This document shows positions 13,040 to 28,414 of a stretch of 64,000 nt of DNA, in pieces. Under the pieces are notes generated by a model, which was not told where the DNA came from, ran no database searches, and saw nothing but the letters and a program-made list of their open reading frames with translations. The DNA comes from Paramecium tetraurelia (lineage: Eukaryota). Each line of letters begins with the position of its first letter. Within the stretch, counting starts at the first letter, position 1. The position numbers and the translations under genes are program-made. The stretch is taken from the NCBI GenBank assembly GCA_000165425.1, contig CT868001.1, positions 186,001 through 250,000 on the forward strand. Direction: 5' to 3'.

Positions 13040-15390
13040 AATATTAATATATATAAATAGAGTATTTACATAATATTTCTCAATATAATGCAATTATAAA
13101 TAAATATATTTCTATATTTACCTAGATATTTGGTAACTAAATTAATATTTATTTAAAATGTTTGTAAATGCTATTATAATTCAATTTCTCTTATTAATTA
13201 ATAGATATTCTTGGTTATTCAATAATAATTAATGATCATAAAATAAAATTTAATAATGCTCTTTAATATAGAATGCAATTGATTAATAATTAAATCCAAT
13301 CGGCCATTTTCTTGTTGTTTCTCTTAAATTCATCTTTGCATGTTAAGCTCCTCCTTCTAATTAGCTTCCCTTTCCCTACTCCTAATAAATCTTAGAATAT
13401 TTGCATGTAATTAATTAACGAAATAACCCAGTAACTTAAACAGTTTCAGCCTCGAGGATATAAGTCAAATGCAGAAAATAATCTTCTTTGAAGAGAGACC
13501 ATTCTCAATTGCGTAATTAATTAGCTTTGGCCTTCAATTGGAAAACTCAAAATTTATTGGATTATGGAGATATTATATTCAAAATATACAAACTCTATAA
13601 CTCACAATCCTCTATAGAATAACGAGAAATCGATATTTCAGTGCAATTTAATTTTCCTATCTGACGAATGCTTCTTAAATTAAAATCTTTACTTTCCCTA
13701 CTATATAATAAGTTCAAATTCAACGTACGAACCTAGAACCAGAAATACAGATATAATATGTTATTTTAGAGTAATTTGTATATAAGAATCAATAATTTTG
13801 ATGCACATCTCACTATCTTTTGTATTCTAATTAAGTTGATGGTCCCAAATTTTAGGTTTAAGAATATGGAACACATTGTTTGTTCTCCTGAAGGAATATT
13901 TGACAAAATGATTATTATTGCTGAAGATGTTCTTTACCCTCCTTAACTTCCTTCCCTTTGTTATATTTCAATAGCTTTTCGAAATCGATCTCTATATGTT
14001 TCTAAGCAACACTTCTCTGAAGCTTTCCGGAGCTTTTCCCACTAGCGCAAGTTCCCATTACTATTAATTATTTTGGATTATTAGATAATTAATAAAAATT
14101 GTTTTAAAATTGAGAAGGCTATAAATGAAAAAATTAAATCACAAGGATTAATTTACCTTATATATTTAATAAGTGGTTTAATATCTTTTTTATTTTGAGG
14201 AACAGGATATATTTGTAAAACTACATTCTAATCATTCTATAAATCACCAATGCTACTATGATAACCAGTTATATTTTATTTTTGTTTTAGCTAGTAATTT
14301 TGATTGCTAGACTGCTAAAATTAATTTTTTAAACCTTAAACAACTTTTTATTCTTTGATTCATCCCCTGGAAAATTAAATTTGCTAACACTGATAAACGA
14401 CAAAAGCTTTTATTTAAATTACGACCAAACATCACCTACGGCCATCTATCGATGTCCCATGGAAATAAAAGAGTAACGCTTTTAATAGTGGGTGAAAACT
14501 ATGGAAAATCTAATATATTCTTAAATTGTCAAACTTGAAATTTATTGATTTACTTACGAATTGTTACATAATCTTGATTAAATTATTTACCAATTAGGAT
14601 AATCACCTATATAAGCAAGGTTGTATCTAGAGGCTTATTTGAAGAGTCTCAAAGTTGACTCTAAATAACATAAGGTCTATCATTTAGAGTCGTGAATTGA
14701 TAGTGACAATATAGGGAATATTGGTAAAAAAAGAATGTTGGTTAGGTATTCGTTAATAATTTATTTGTAATCCAATAGCTTTTTTTTATTTGAATTCGAA
14801 TTTTCGATTATATTAAAATTTTAATTTGATATCAACTGTTAAGGAAAATGTGATCTAATTTCAACTTAAATTTCATAGCTGTTTTAGTTGGGTTTGATGC
14901 AAAAATTATTTTAAATCTCCTTGGTTGGAAATTTAATGAAAATTTAAATCTTATTTTATAATTCAATATTTATTATATAAAACGATAATAATAATAATGA
15001 ATCAAAAAAGAAATTTTGAAATTTTATCATTAAATAATAATTAGCATATAAATTATTAATCTTTTTATTAATGAAAGGATTAATGTTAAATGGAAGTGAA
15101 CTAGATTGAGATGAAAACATTAGAACAATTGCAAATAAAATTATGATAGAAATATGTTTCGATATCAGTAATATAATTTTTTCATAAAATTATTATACCA
15201 GGAGAAGGAATAACACAATTTTTCTATTTCTTATTAGCTATACTTTATGAGTTAGGGTTAGTGTATATTAATTTTCTTTAGTTTTAATCATCCTATTATT
15301 TTACCAATAATATTGATGAATGATAAAAAATATAAGTGAAAAAATATTTTAAATATTTAAGTTCTACTAAATGAACATGAACTTAATAAA

Positions 15391-16708
15391 TCATTTCTTC
15401 TTTAATTCCTTCTTTTCAACAACCTTGATGACACCGACGGCAACGGTTTATTTCATATCTCTGACGGCGAATCTACCGAGTGGGGGATATTCAGAGAAGA
15501 TTTCAACGCACATTGGTTTGGTTGGGATTAATTTGACCATAGCAGCATCTCCTGATTTGACGAATTTTGGTTCTTCTTCAATGACTTTGCCTGTTCTTCT
15601 GTCATTCTTTGAAAGAATTTCTTAGAATTTGCAAGCAATGTGGGCTGTGTGGCAATCCAATACTGGGCAATATCCGTTTTGGATTTATCCTGGATGGTTG
15701 ATGATGATGACTTAAGCGTTGAATGATTGGCATTCTCTTGCTGGGTCACTCTTTGAGTCTGAGCAGACGAATCCTCTCTTCAAATCTTTGACGGCGATGT
15801 TCTTGACGTTGAATCCGACGTTATCTCCTGGGACGGCTTCTGGGAGGGCTTCATGATGCATTTCAACTGACTTGACTTCAGTTGTGATGGCTGATGGGGC
15901 GAATTAGACGACCATACCTGGTTTCAAGACACCAGTTTCAACTCTTCCGACTGGGACTGTACCAATACCTCCGATCTTGTAGACGTCTTGTAATGGTAAT
16001 CTGAGTGGTTTTTCAGTTGGTCTCTTTGGTGGGGTGACTGCATCCAAAGCTTCAAGGAGGTGTTGGTCCCTTGTACCATCCGAAAGTTGGCAGATTTTTC
16101 CAACATATTGTCTCCGACCCAATCCTGAGATTGGGAAGGAAGGGAACGTTGTCTGGGTTATATCCGACCTTCTTTAAGTAATCTCTCATTTCCTTGACGA
16201 TTTCGTCATATCTGCCTTGAGCATAGTTGACGGTCTTTTCGTCCATCTTGTTGGTGGCACAGATCATTTATTTGACTCCCAAAGTGTAAGCCAAGAGAAC
16301 GTGTTCTCTGGTTTATCCTTCCTTTGAAATACCAGCTTCGAATTCTCCTGCTGGTGATGCAATCATCAACAAAGCGACATCGGCTTATGATGTTCCTGTA
16401 ATCATATTCTTGATGAAATCTCTGTGTCCTGGGGCATCAATGACGGTGTAGTAATACTTGTTGGTTTCGAATTTCCAGAGGGAAATATCGATGGTGATAC
16501 CTCTTTCTCTTTCAGCCTTGAGGTTATCCAACACCCAAGCATATTTGAAGGATCCCTTACCTAATTTGTTGGCTTCATCTTCGAACTTCTTGATTGTTCT
16601 TTCGTCGATACCTCCGAGCTTGTAGATCAAGTGACCGGTGGTGGTTGATTTTCCTGAATCGACGTGTCCAATAACGACGAGATTTACGTGAAGTTTATCT
16701 TTTGGCAT
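15391..16708 (-). CDS. EF1A: Translation elongation factor 1-alpha (apparent frameshifts at ~16055-16140)
   Basis: [65 protein letters not shown]. Intronless; 1318 nt = 438 codons plus 4 extra bases. Confidence 0.97.
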
Positions 16709-17319
16709 TTATAAGAAATTATTCTTTACTTTTTATTTTGTTCCAAACTTTTCTTATAAAGTCTTATTCAAAATTTAATGACTATTCTTAAATAGTTCTA
16801 ATTAAATTAAACTTTATTTTTAAATAATTCAAAAATTTATATTGCATTCATATCCTATCTTTTTGCTTCCATTTTAAATATTCATCCCTCTCATAAATTG
16901 AAATTCTCGAGTTCCTTTCAATTCACTAAAATCTCGAACATTATTTTTTGAAATCCCAATTGATCTTCCTCCTCTCTTAGGTCCAGAGATGAAGACTCGA
17001 ACATTATATACAAATGACTTTATTAGAATACCTAAAACTAAAACTCAATTATTTTGAAAACTAAATAAATTTTCATTAAGCTTTTTTTAATTAAATAAGA
17101 CTATTTAAGACTATTTAACACTTTATAAATAAATAAAATTTTATTTAAACTATTAATGAATTCTGACTATTAAAACGATATTTACTAAATGAATTTTAAG
17201 GAATTTTAATTCAATTCTCTAGAGAGTACAGACTTCTCTGATGGCAAGTTTTCGAAGTTATCCATAAACAAGGAAGTTAAAATATATATATGATAATGAA
17301 TATAAATTTCTCTATTTAA

Positions 17320-18454
17320 TCACCATTCTAAGAAGGGATCGTCTGCGGGTTTAAGAGCGGGACTTTGTGTATCTGATTCGGGGTAGGATGAAAAATTAGA
17401 AGTGTCATTTGGTGCTCTATTAGGGTGTTATATAGAAGTCATACTTGACTACTGGTTTGTAAGGAACAGGCAACTTCTTTTGAGTAAGTAGATTCCAGTC
17501 TAGATTACCAAACCAACGGTGATTTTTTACATCAGCAGCGCCTGTGAATGATAGGGAGATAAATATACCATTTTTTAAATTTCCATATCTTTTCGAAAGA
17601 TCGGCAACAAGCAAGTGCTTTACCAAAGATTTAGCGTTTCTTGGATAGGAAATGAAAATTGTACTTGTCAAAGCTCTTGGGGAATTTGACCTTGCCCTTC
17701 AATATTTTTTGATAAATGGCCATGGGATCTTCATCAGAGAAAGGGTCGATTCCTGCATTCATCTCATAAATTAAAATTCCCAAAGTCCACCAGTCAACAG
17801 CTTTGCCATGTCCCTTATTCAATAGGATCTCGGGAGCCAAATACTCAGGAGTACCACACAGAGTGTAGGTTCTTCCCTCGACGACTTTTGCAAAACCGAA
17901 ATCTGTTAACTTGAGATATCCATCATCTGCAATCAATAGGTTTTCTGGCTTGAGATCTCTATAGATGATGTTCTTGGAATGGAGATACTCAAATATAGAG
18001 GCCACTTGAGCACCATAAAACCTATAATAAACTCGAATCATTGCAATACGCAGCATGTTGTGTATCGAGTCTTCCGATGCTTCTTAAGTAGGTGAACAAT
18101 TCTCCGCCAGAAACAAATTCTAAGACCAAATAGAGATATCTTGGGTCTTGGCAGAAGCCTTCGAAGGTCACCTAATGTGATGAGATTAGTTCTTACAACG
18201 AATGGATGTTGCAAATTTCCCAATATGGTGTTTTCATTAATCACGTGATCAACTTGCTTAAGTCTAATGATCTCAGCCTTCTTTAAACTTTTCAAAGCAA
18301 CATATTTATTTGTTTGTTTATTCCTTGCCAGTTTCACTCTACCGAAAGAGCCTAAAGTTCAGCATTACACCAATACAATACCAGTACCCAAGGTCTAAAA
18401 CACTTCATAATCTGTGAGTTTCAGCTTTTTTGGTTTAGCAAGTCCTGTACTCAT
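17320..18454 (-). CDS. PKA-C: cAMP-dependent protein kinase catalytic subunit
   Basis: [55 protein letters not shown]-terminal DPFLEW*; several micro-introns. Confidence 0.96.
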
Positions 18455-18650
18455 CAATTTAAAGATTTAAAATAAATTATTTTAAGCAAATTATCTACTT
18501 CTGAAATACTCAGCATTTGCAATTATTATTTTATATCAAACACTCTTTTGAATGTGATAGTTGTGTATGAAAACACATCAAATAACTAATAGTTATTGAA
18601 TTCAAATAACTAAATTATTTATCATTAATCAGAATTAAAATTCTTTAAAC

Positions 18651-18911
18651 ATGAGCGACAAATCCAAAACCTACTAAAATGCCTTCCAAATATTCAAGGA
18701 AAGGTATTCCAAAAAGTTAAAGAAAGATAAAACATTAACTCTAAACGACATCGATGATTTAGTCCTCCAAAAATGGAAATTCCTACCAGATGATCAAAGA
18801 GAACCATACAAAAAGCGATTTGAAAAAACTAAAGTCAAATTAACTGAACAGGAAGAATAAGCAAATAATTCAGACGAGGAAAAGCAACCATTAAAAAAAG
18901 TTAAACAATGA
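18651..18911 (+). CDS. Small HMG-box protein (86 aa)
   Basis: NAFQIFKERYSKKLK...LVLQKWKFLPDDQREPYKKRF fits the HMG-box pattern; intronless, ends TGA. Confidence 0.8.
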
Positions 18912-18988
18912 AATTCCCATTTTACAATTACATTTCTGTTTATATAAAAAATTGGTATTTAACTTATATTTGTTACAAACTGAATATA

Positions 18989-21386
18989 TCATAACTTAGC
19001 CAATCCGTATCCTTGAGCATTATTCAGATCATTAAACAGGTGATTACCATATGCGAATCTGGCAATTTATCGTAAATGAACTTCACAAGGTCCATCCATA
19101 AATCTAATTGCTCTTGCGAATCGGAATGAAATAGCTAAAGGTTAATCTTCAGTGACTCCCTCAGCACCAAAAGCTTAGATGCATTAATCTATCATCTTTT
19201 GACATGCTTTAGGAATATGTGCCTTACATTAACTTACAGCCATGAATGTATGAAGGTGTTTGGATCCTGCTGAATCCAACAACAACCCAGCATTTAGACT
19301 TAGTAATCTGCAATTTTAAAAGGCGATCTCCACTTGTCCTAATCTCTCCTAGAATGCAGCATTATCTTTCAATTTTTACTTAAACATAACTCTCTATTCT
19401 GCTCTACTCATCATCAAATCCAAGCATCTTCTCGTCAATCCAATCTATCTAACGCAATGATGCAGTCTTCCTCCTAATAACCTACCCTATGCCATTTTAA
19501 ATGCCCCGCCTAATTAACCTAGTAAGTTCTCTTTAGGCACGAAAACATTATCGAATTCCACTTCAGCATAACTGTGCGGAACATCATAGTAACTAAAGAC
19601 TCCCACTTATCTCAATATCTTAATCTTAGGATTTGGCATATCTACTATTATCATAGACTATGATTCCATTGGATTTGACATATCTTAAGAAGATTTGCCC
19701 ATTATTATTCCAAATTTCACCCTTTCATCAGGGGCACTTGAAACAAACCACTTACCTCCATTAATTACATAGCCTCCTTCGGTTGGAGTAATAGTGAATT
19801 TAAAATTATTGGGATCTGATGAAGATACATTTTTCTCAGTCATAGCAAAGAAGGACTTACATTCACCTTCCATTAATGGTTTCAAGTACTTTTCTCTCTG
19901 ATATGGTGTACCATATCCAATCAAGAGTTTAATGTTACCAGTCTCTGGAGCAAAACAGTTAAAGATTTCATGAGCCAAATAGCTGAGTCCCATCAATTCT
20001 GATAAGAATACATACTCTAGATTTGTGAGACCTTTCCCATACATCGGGTCAGAAATAAATAAATTCCACAATCCAAGCGATTTAGCTTTCCTCTACAAAG
20101 CTTCTATTTCTGGGAATCCTTTATTCTAAGTAGTATTTGGCATTACACGTGACTTATCTAAAATGAACTTTTCGATAGGGAACACCTCTTCCTTCAAAAA
20201 ATCCTTTATTCTATAATAATAACTTTTGCATCTATCTGTTACTGGCCACTTAGACCATAATGAACTATCATTGGCTGCTCTCATCTTGATACCATATGGA
20301 TCTCCATCGGTTAGATCTAATACAATTTAGTATCCAGCTTTGGATAAGAATTCTGAATTGGATTGATGCTTGATGTCTTTTGTTTGTTTAAATCGAATTT
20401 ATTCTTCAATAGACTTTCTCAAAATTGCCAATATAATCTGATATCGAATGTCTGGGATTGTTTGAGTTGATCTAGCTGTAAAGTATGATTTAGCAACTTC
20501 TTATAAATTGGGAGCACCAATCAATCTTTCCACTCCTGCCCATCCATCTATAGTATATTTTCCATTGGAATATGGGATGTAATATGGAGTCAAAAAGCTG
20601 GCGAGATCAGTAAATGCATTTCCTAATTGTGCTGTCTGCCAATCTAGAATAGCTAGAATTCGTGGTTCTGTGGGATGAAATAGAACCTTAGACAATGAGA
20701 AATCTCCATGCACTAAGCAAAGATTATCTAATTCAGATTTCTCTGGTAAATTCAATGGCAACCAATATAATATATCTTCTATATTAGTTGAAATCTTGGT
20801 CTCATTTAATTTATAATGATTATACAATTTCTAATTAATGATTTAATAGTGGCTAGTTTCTGATTCCAATTATCCGAGTCCCAAGTAATTTAAGCTAATT
20901 GAATGTAAATGAGCTAGGGCTTTTGCTACTTCTTGGTATATCACTCTTTTTTCTTCTGCTGACATCCCCATCAAATTTTGATCTGAAAAGAGTCTTCCCT
21001 CTATGTATTCTGTTGCATAAAAGGGAACACCCAATATTGTCTGATCAGCGCAGTAAAACAAAGCTCTAGTGACTGGGAAATTCACAGCGGACAATTTTTA
21101 TGCTATCACAAATTCCTTTTCTATTGAATGTCCCTATTATATATTAACTTATTATGTACAGCTACTAGGTTGTCTTTAGATTTAGTATGAAGCACGATCT
21201 TTTTATTAGTATTTCTAAAAAATAATGATGACCAACTTACTTAAAGGAAACTTGATAAATAAATTGAGCTAGTTATTGGACTTAATCTATCTAAGCTTCT
21301 TTGAGTCCAAGGAAAACAAGTAATGAAGATTAAGAATTCAAATAGCCTCCCAATAAATGAGATTTTTCAACTTCCGATATTGACAT
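18989..21386 (-). CDS. ACAD10/ACAD11/IBR3-like protein: phosphotransferase (APH)-like domain + acyl-CoA dehydrogenase, peroxisomal
   Basis: LVHGDF and AILDWQ in the N-terminal half; FNCFAPETGN, FAMTE..VSSSD, NGGKWF, QGRLLGGRLHHC, RFMDGPCEVH in the C-terminal half; ends AKL* (PTS1-type). Confidence 0.93.
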
Positions 21387-21892
21387 TAGTAAAAATAGAT
21401 GATGTATTTTTTAAATCAGATAAGAAATACAGCGACTTTGATACTCAATTAATGGAATATTTAATAATATGTAATCCTGCAATTATGATGTCATATAAAT
21501 ATAAATGATTTAAAAACTTTTATTTTTTGTTTACAACATTCTGTTGAATCTGATATGCAAGCTATTGTAGTGATATCAACAAAAATAATGAATTTTAAAA
21601 GAATTTTACATGTTCAAACTTAGAAAAGATCGTGTATTTCAAAGTATTATTACTTAATGATTATCTTAATATTAAGAATATTACAAATGAAATTTTAATT
21701 ATATAATTTAATTTACCTTTAATCTAAAATCAGAATTATAAGCGAAAAACCATATAATGTTGATTGAATATACCAATCGATTATTGTGTTAATTTACCTT
21801 TTATAATAAGACTAAGAATGTATTTGATATATTAAAGAAGCATTGAGAGAGTATTATGAATAAATAAATTAAGTTTTTAATTTAATTAGTTT

Positions 21893-23776
<1,884 letters not shown>

Positions 23777-23815
23777 GGAGATAAACATTTCATTAAAATA
23801 AATATATATTTATTT

Positions 23816-25619
23816 ATGTTCCCAAATATTTCGGTCTTAAATGAAGAGTTTGATGAAGATTAACATCGCTAGATTGTTGCATCGTATTCTGACATTAAGA
23901 AGCTGCTTTCTCCTCCTACAGCAAAGATCTAATCTGATATTATTTTTGACAGACATAAGGCCAAATCACACACGCATGGATTAATTGAATCAAAAGGAGC
24001 TGAATAATACCTGATTAAAGTCATACAGAACAACGATTTGTCTGAAATTTAAAATCTATTGGATGAAGCTGAAAGCATCAACATTTACACTATTACTGAT
24101 CATAAGAAATACACACTCCTACATTTAGCCGCGTACAACAACAACTTGGATACTGTTAGGTATTTATTTAATATCATATGTAACCAAGGTTGTTGATAAA
24201 TCATGTCAAAAAGTAACACAAACACAAATGCGCTTCAATTCTCACAGAATGGGTTAATCAATAAACGGAGGATGGATTTGTGGCCTTTCATTTCGCAGCC
24301 TACAGAGGAAACATAGAGATGATATTGGAATTTGAAAAATGTGGAGCTAATCTATATATTAGAAATGCTTAAGGAATGAATGGGTTACATCTGGCAGCTC
24401 AAGGAGATCAGCCAAAATCAGTTGTCTACTTCAAGAAAATTGGTTTTGATTTTGCTCTCAAGGATTCTAAAGGAGGGACAGCGTTGCATTGGGCAGCCTA
24501 CTATGGATGCGAATTGGCAGTCAATTATATACTATCTTTTACGGATCAACTCTTAGACGTTAGGGATGCAGAAGGTTTGACTGCACTGCATCTAGCAACT
24601 ATGAGTGGAAATAATAGAATAGTTAAGAAATTATTGTTATCCGGAGCCAATAGAAGCATTAAAAATAATGAAGGCTAAACTGCTGCTGACATTGCTTAGG
24701 CTAATTCGTTTACCTAAGTTTACAAAATGTTGACTGAATCCTAAAACTTTTTGGTCACTTATTTCAGCATCAGCCAAGGATTCTAGAAGGTAAATAGAAG
24801 TAAGGATAAAATGTTTAAATTTATTGCTATGTTAATTTACTGCTAAGGAATTACCATTTATTATTAGATCCATTCAGATGAATCAAATCAATATATTATT
24901 TACTATGGAGTTTTTCAATTACTAATTTGGTTTTTCTTTGTCCTTGTTTGGCTCAGCGATCCTGGCAAGCAAGTCAAGTAGTAAGACAGACTTGAATAGG
25001 AACTTCTAAAAAGTCTGTATGAGATATTATAAAAGTCTGATGCAAAAGACATCTGTCCTGAGTGTGTGTGTGTTAAGGCTTCGAGAGCTAAGCATTGTGA
25101 TATTTGCAAATCTTGTGTATTAGTATATGATCATCATTGTCCTTGGGTTGATAATTGTGTAATAATTAATACTATTATAAGATAGGATAAAACAACCTTT
25201 TATAGTTTTATATATTTGTGTGGCTCCTTTGTTTGGATATCACTTTCACTTTAGCACTCTAGTTTTATTTTATGATTCAATAATTTCAAGATGATGGCAT
25301 AGAAGTATTCATAATCCTTTTCATACTTTCTCTATTTTCCATCCTTATAATGCTTTTGTTTCTTTTCCCTCTTTGGTTTCTATTGTACATTCAAACACTA
25401 AATTTATTAACAGGACAAACGACATATGAAAAGTAAACTTTATCATTTATGATTATCAGGTATTCTTAGTCATTGAAGAACTCCAAGGGTTAGTCCACTG
25501 CTGCTGTATCTTGCAATAATTGCTTGGACATGTGTTGCTATAATAAAATAAACAGTTCAAAGAAAAAGAAATAAAATCTGTAGTCTATGTAGTTGTTTGA
25601 CTCAAATTAAAAATAATGA
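23816..25619 (+). CDS. Ankyrin-repeat DHHC palmitoyltransferase (Akr1/ZDHHC17-like)
   Basis: Ankyrin repeats ([27 protein letters not shown]), TM segments and CPEC...[25 protein letters not shown] at ~25050-25160. Confidence 0.95.
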
Positions 25620-26049
25620 CTTTTAATTAATTAATTTAGAAACAATATATTACATTATTTCTTAGTAATTTATCTTACTGCCCAATTTATTATTTGAATA
25701 TCCTTCCCATTTCATAAGGTGCAATTAGGATATAACAGTATAAAATTTTGACATATTTACGTTTAATAAATAGTAATCTGAGACAATCAAGTTGGGTCGA
25801 AAGTTTGAGGAGTATAAAAAACTTATAATTATAAAACAATTATGAACATAATATTTAATTAATTAATAAATGTTGTCATAAAAACAGCTAATTTGATAAC
25901 TTTTGTAAAAAACAGAATATTATGTCATAATGAGTGAATAAAAGTTTATGAACTTTTTGATAATTAAATTTCCTTTAAGATTTGAAATTATTTAATTTAT
26001 CAGACTCCAAACTTAGTGATCAAAGTGATATTTTAAATAAATTTAATTA

Positions 26050-26813
26050 ATGCAGTCATCATGTTAAATGAGTCCAAAATCTACCCCCAATAATAAATAA
26101 CAATTCTAAACCTGTTTTGAATAATATGACTCAGCGTTTTTAAGTCCTTAGACGCAAACTATTCAATAACCCAAATATAAAGTTAGAACCTTGAAACCTA
26201 AAACATTTCTCGAGGGTGATCTTGCTAAAGTCAGTAAATCAAGAAATATACTCTCTATGAACACTTAAGAATGCATCAAATGCAAAAACGAGAAATAGAG
26301 TATAGCCCTGAAGTTATGCCAATGTCTAGATATTTATTACCATATCGCTTGTATCTCAGAATATGCTAATCTTCATCCTAAGTTAGGACTTAATTTGTTT
26401 CGATGCTAATTTTGTAATGATTACTTCCCCGTTTAAATCAATGAAAAGTATAATATTTATAAACTATCAGACTGAGCATGTAGAATTTAAGCAAAAAATA
26501 AATGTTCGTGTTCTTAATGAGTCTGTCCATGGTGTTCTGCTTGGTTACGCTAGAAATTGTGGCTCTTGCTCTACTAGAACTAGATCAGATATATCTAATT
26601 TTATTAATAATACTAATAGTTATTGAATTATTAGTATTATTAATAATTTTCAGTAAATTTTACCATTTATGTTACTTAATCGAATATGATATCAAAGAAT
26701 ATAAGCTAGGACAAGAATATAATTAATCTTAATTGGAATCCTCCACTCTCAAAATAGTTAAACAACTCCAATATAAAAGAGCCAAGAGAGTAATTTTTGA
26801 TTAATTGAAATGA
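26050..26813 (+). CDS. RING-CH (RINGv/MARCH-like) domain protein with two TM helices
   Basis: CIKC...LCQC...YYHIAC...RCQFC (C4HC3) followed by two hydrophobic helices. Confidence 0.75.
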
Positions 26814-26925
26814 TGACTCTTGTGTTATTTATTATACTACTTGGAGAATTTTATAGTCTCATCGAATTTCCAAATAATCGTTTATTTATTATATTATAAT
26901 TGCTAAATAAGCTTAGCTTTACAGA

Positions 26926-27321
26926 ATGAAAACTATGAATATTGGTCCGAAAGTCTTGCTCTAATAGAATTAAGTTAGACAACAAGATGATGAAGATGAT
27001 GTGCCTGATGAACCCTCTCCTGTTTTAATTAAATAAAAAATAATCTAAGTCATCAAGCATAATCAACCCAGATTTGATGTCAAAGGTAGGCAAATATTTA
27101 AAGGCACTGGATATGGAATAGCTTTCGATAATTTTGTCACCGTCTGTGTGTTTAATCCTGATGAGGAAGTGCTGTCAATTAAAGACACAATTTCTCAATG
27201 CACAAATATTCAAGAATAGGAGAAGTTTCACATCAAATCTAGCACCAATAAAAAAATAGAGGATTTCCAAAAAGAAATAATCCTAAAATCAATTCTTAAA
27301 TAAACTAAACCACATCATTGA
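26926..27321 (+). CDS. Hypothetical protein (131 aa)
   Basis: Intronless code-6 ORF containing RFDVKGRQIFKGTGYGIAFDNFVTV and ending KSILKQTKPHH*. Confidence 0.65.
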
Positions 27322-28414
27322 AAAATAGTTTGAATTAAATTCTTTATTTAATGTTTTGTTATCGAAACAATTCTTATAATTTTTTATGAATATTAAACAA
27401 CAAATAATCATTCATTTTTTCCCTTCTACCATTCCCTGAAAAATTCCCTAAGCCAAAGGACCTTACGTCCTTTTAGCTCCACAAATGAAGATTTCAATAA
27501 TTATTATATCACCATATTCAATTCCAATTCTAAAATCATCATGATTATTAGAATATGACCTCTGAGTTCATAACAAAAAAATAAAAAATTTAGTAATTTA
27601 TTTAAAATTGATCTAGAAAATTACGATCAAAAAAATTATCTGAATTATAATGAATAATTTTATTAATAGACTTCCCTTTATGATATGAAATCATAAGAAT
27701 TTGTTGTAAATTAGACCTATGAGAGTAAGCATCCTAAATATAAAAGAAATTTTAATAATCACAAATTGATATAAATTTATAATTTATGTCTAATTAACTT
27801 TCTTAATGACAGTCATTTTCCATCATTTATAAGCCTTTTCCTTTCAAGTTATCATCTACAGCACCTTGTTCTAGTAGATAAAGTTCAAATTCTGACCTTT
27901 TGGAAGAATGTATTTCAAAATAAGAAACGTCATTCTTATATTCCCGAAGTCAATTTAAAGTTGTATTTCGTAGTGATTATACACTTGGAGACTTGCAAAA
28001 TTTGATTAGGTAAACAATTAAGTCCTGAAAATGTCTAGAAATGAGAAATTTAAGGAACTTTAAAACTCATTCTGATTTTAATCATATGTTATAGGTATCG
28101 AGCCATTTAATTGAACGAACACCCCTTTGGTATGCGATTAAAGAATTTATAATCAAGTATATAAATACTCCAATAAAGAATTACATTACAACTCATTACA
28201 TATACATCAATTAAATATCATAAAAGATAATTCTTTTTCAGCTATTTGAGAATTTAAAAAAAATAATTGTTTCAGACTCTAGATTTTGATTTTTAATTCT
28301 ACCTTTTAGACAAGTGCATGAAGTTTAAAATTATGTTAAAGGATACTTTCAATCAGAATAATTTAGAATTATTGATGAGTATATATAAATTAAATCTTAT
28401 AACAATAAAATATT

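Noticed and set aside
13270..14058. Possible small myristoylated protein (MGTCASGK..., minus strand from 14058) and adjacent plus-strand fragments
   Set aside because: Only ~82 codons before TGA, no recognisable domain and ambiguous frames.
16055..16140. Programmed frameshifting or RNA editing in EF1A
   Set aside because: Four scattered homopolymer extensions with no slippery-site pattern fit sequencing error far better.
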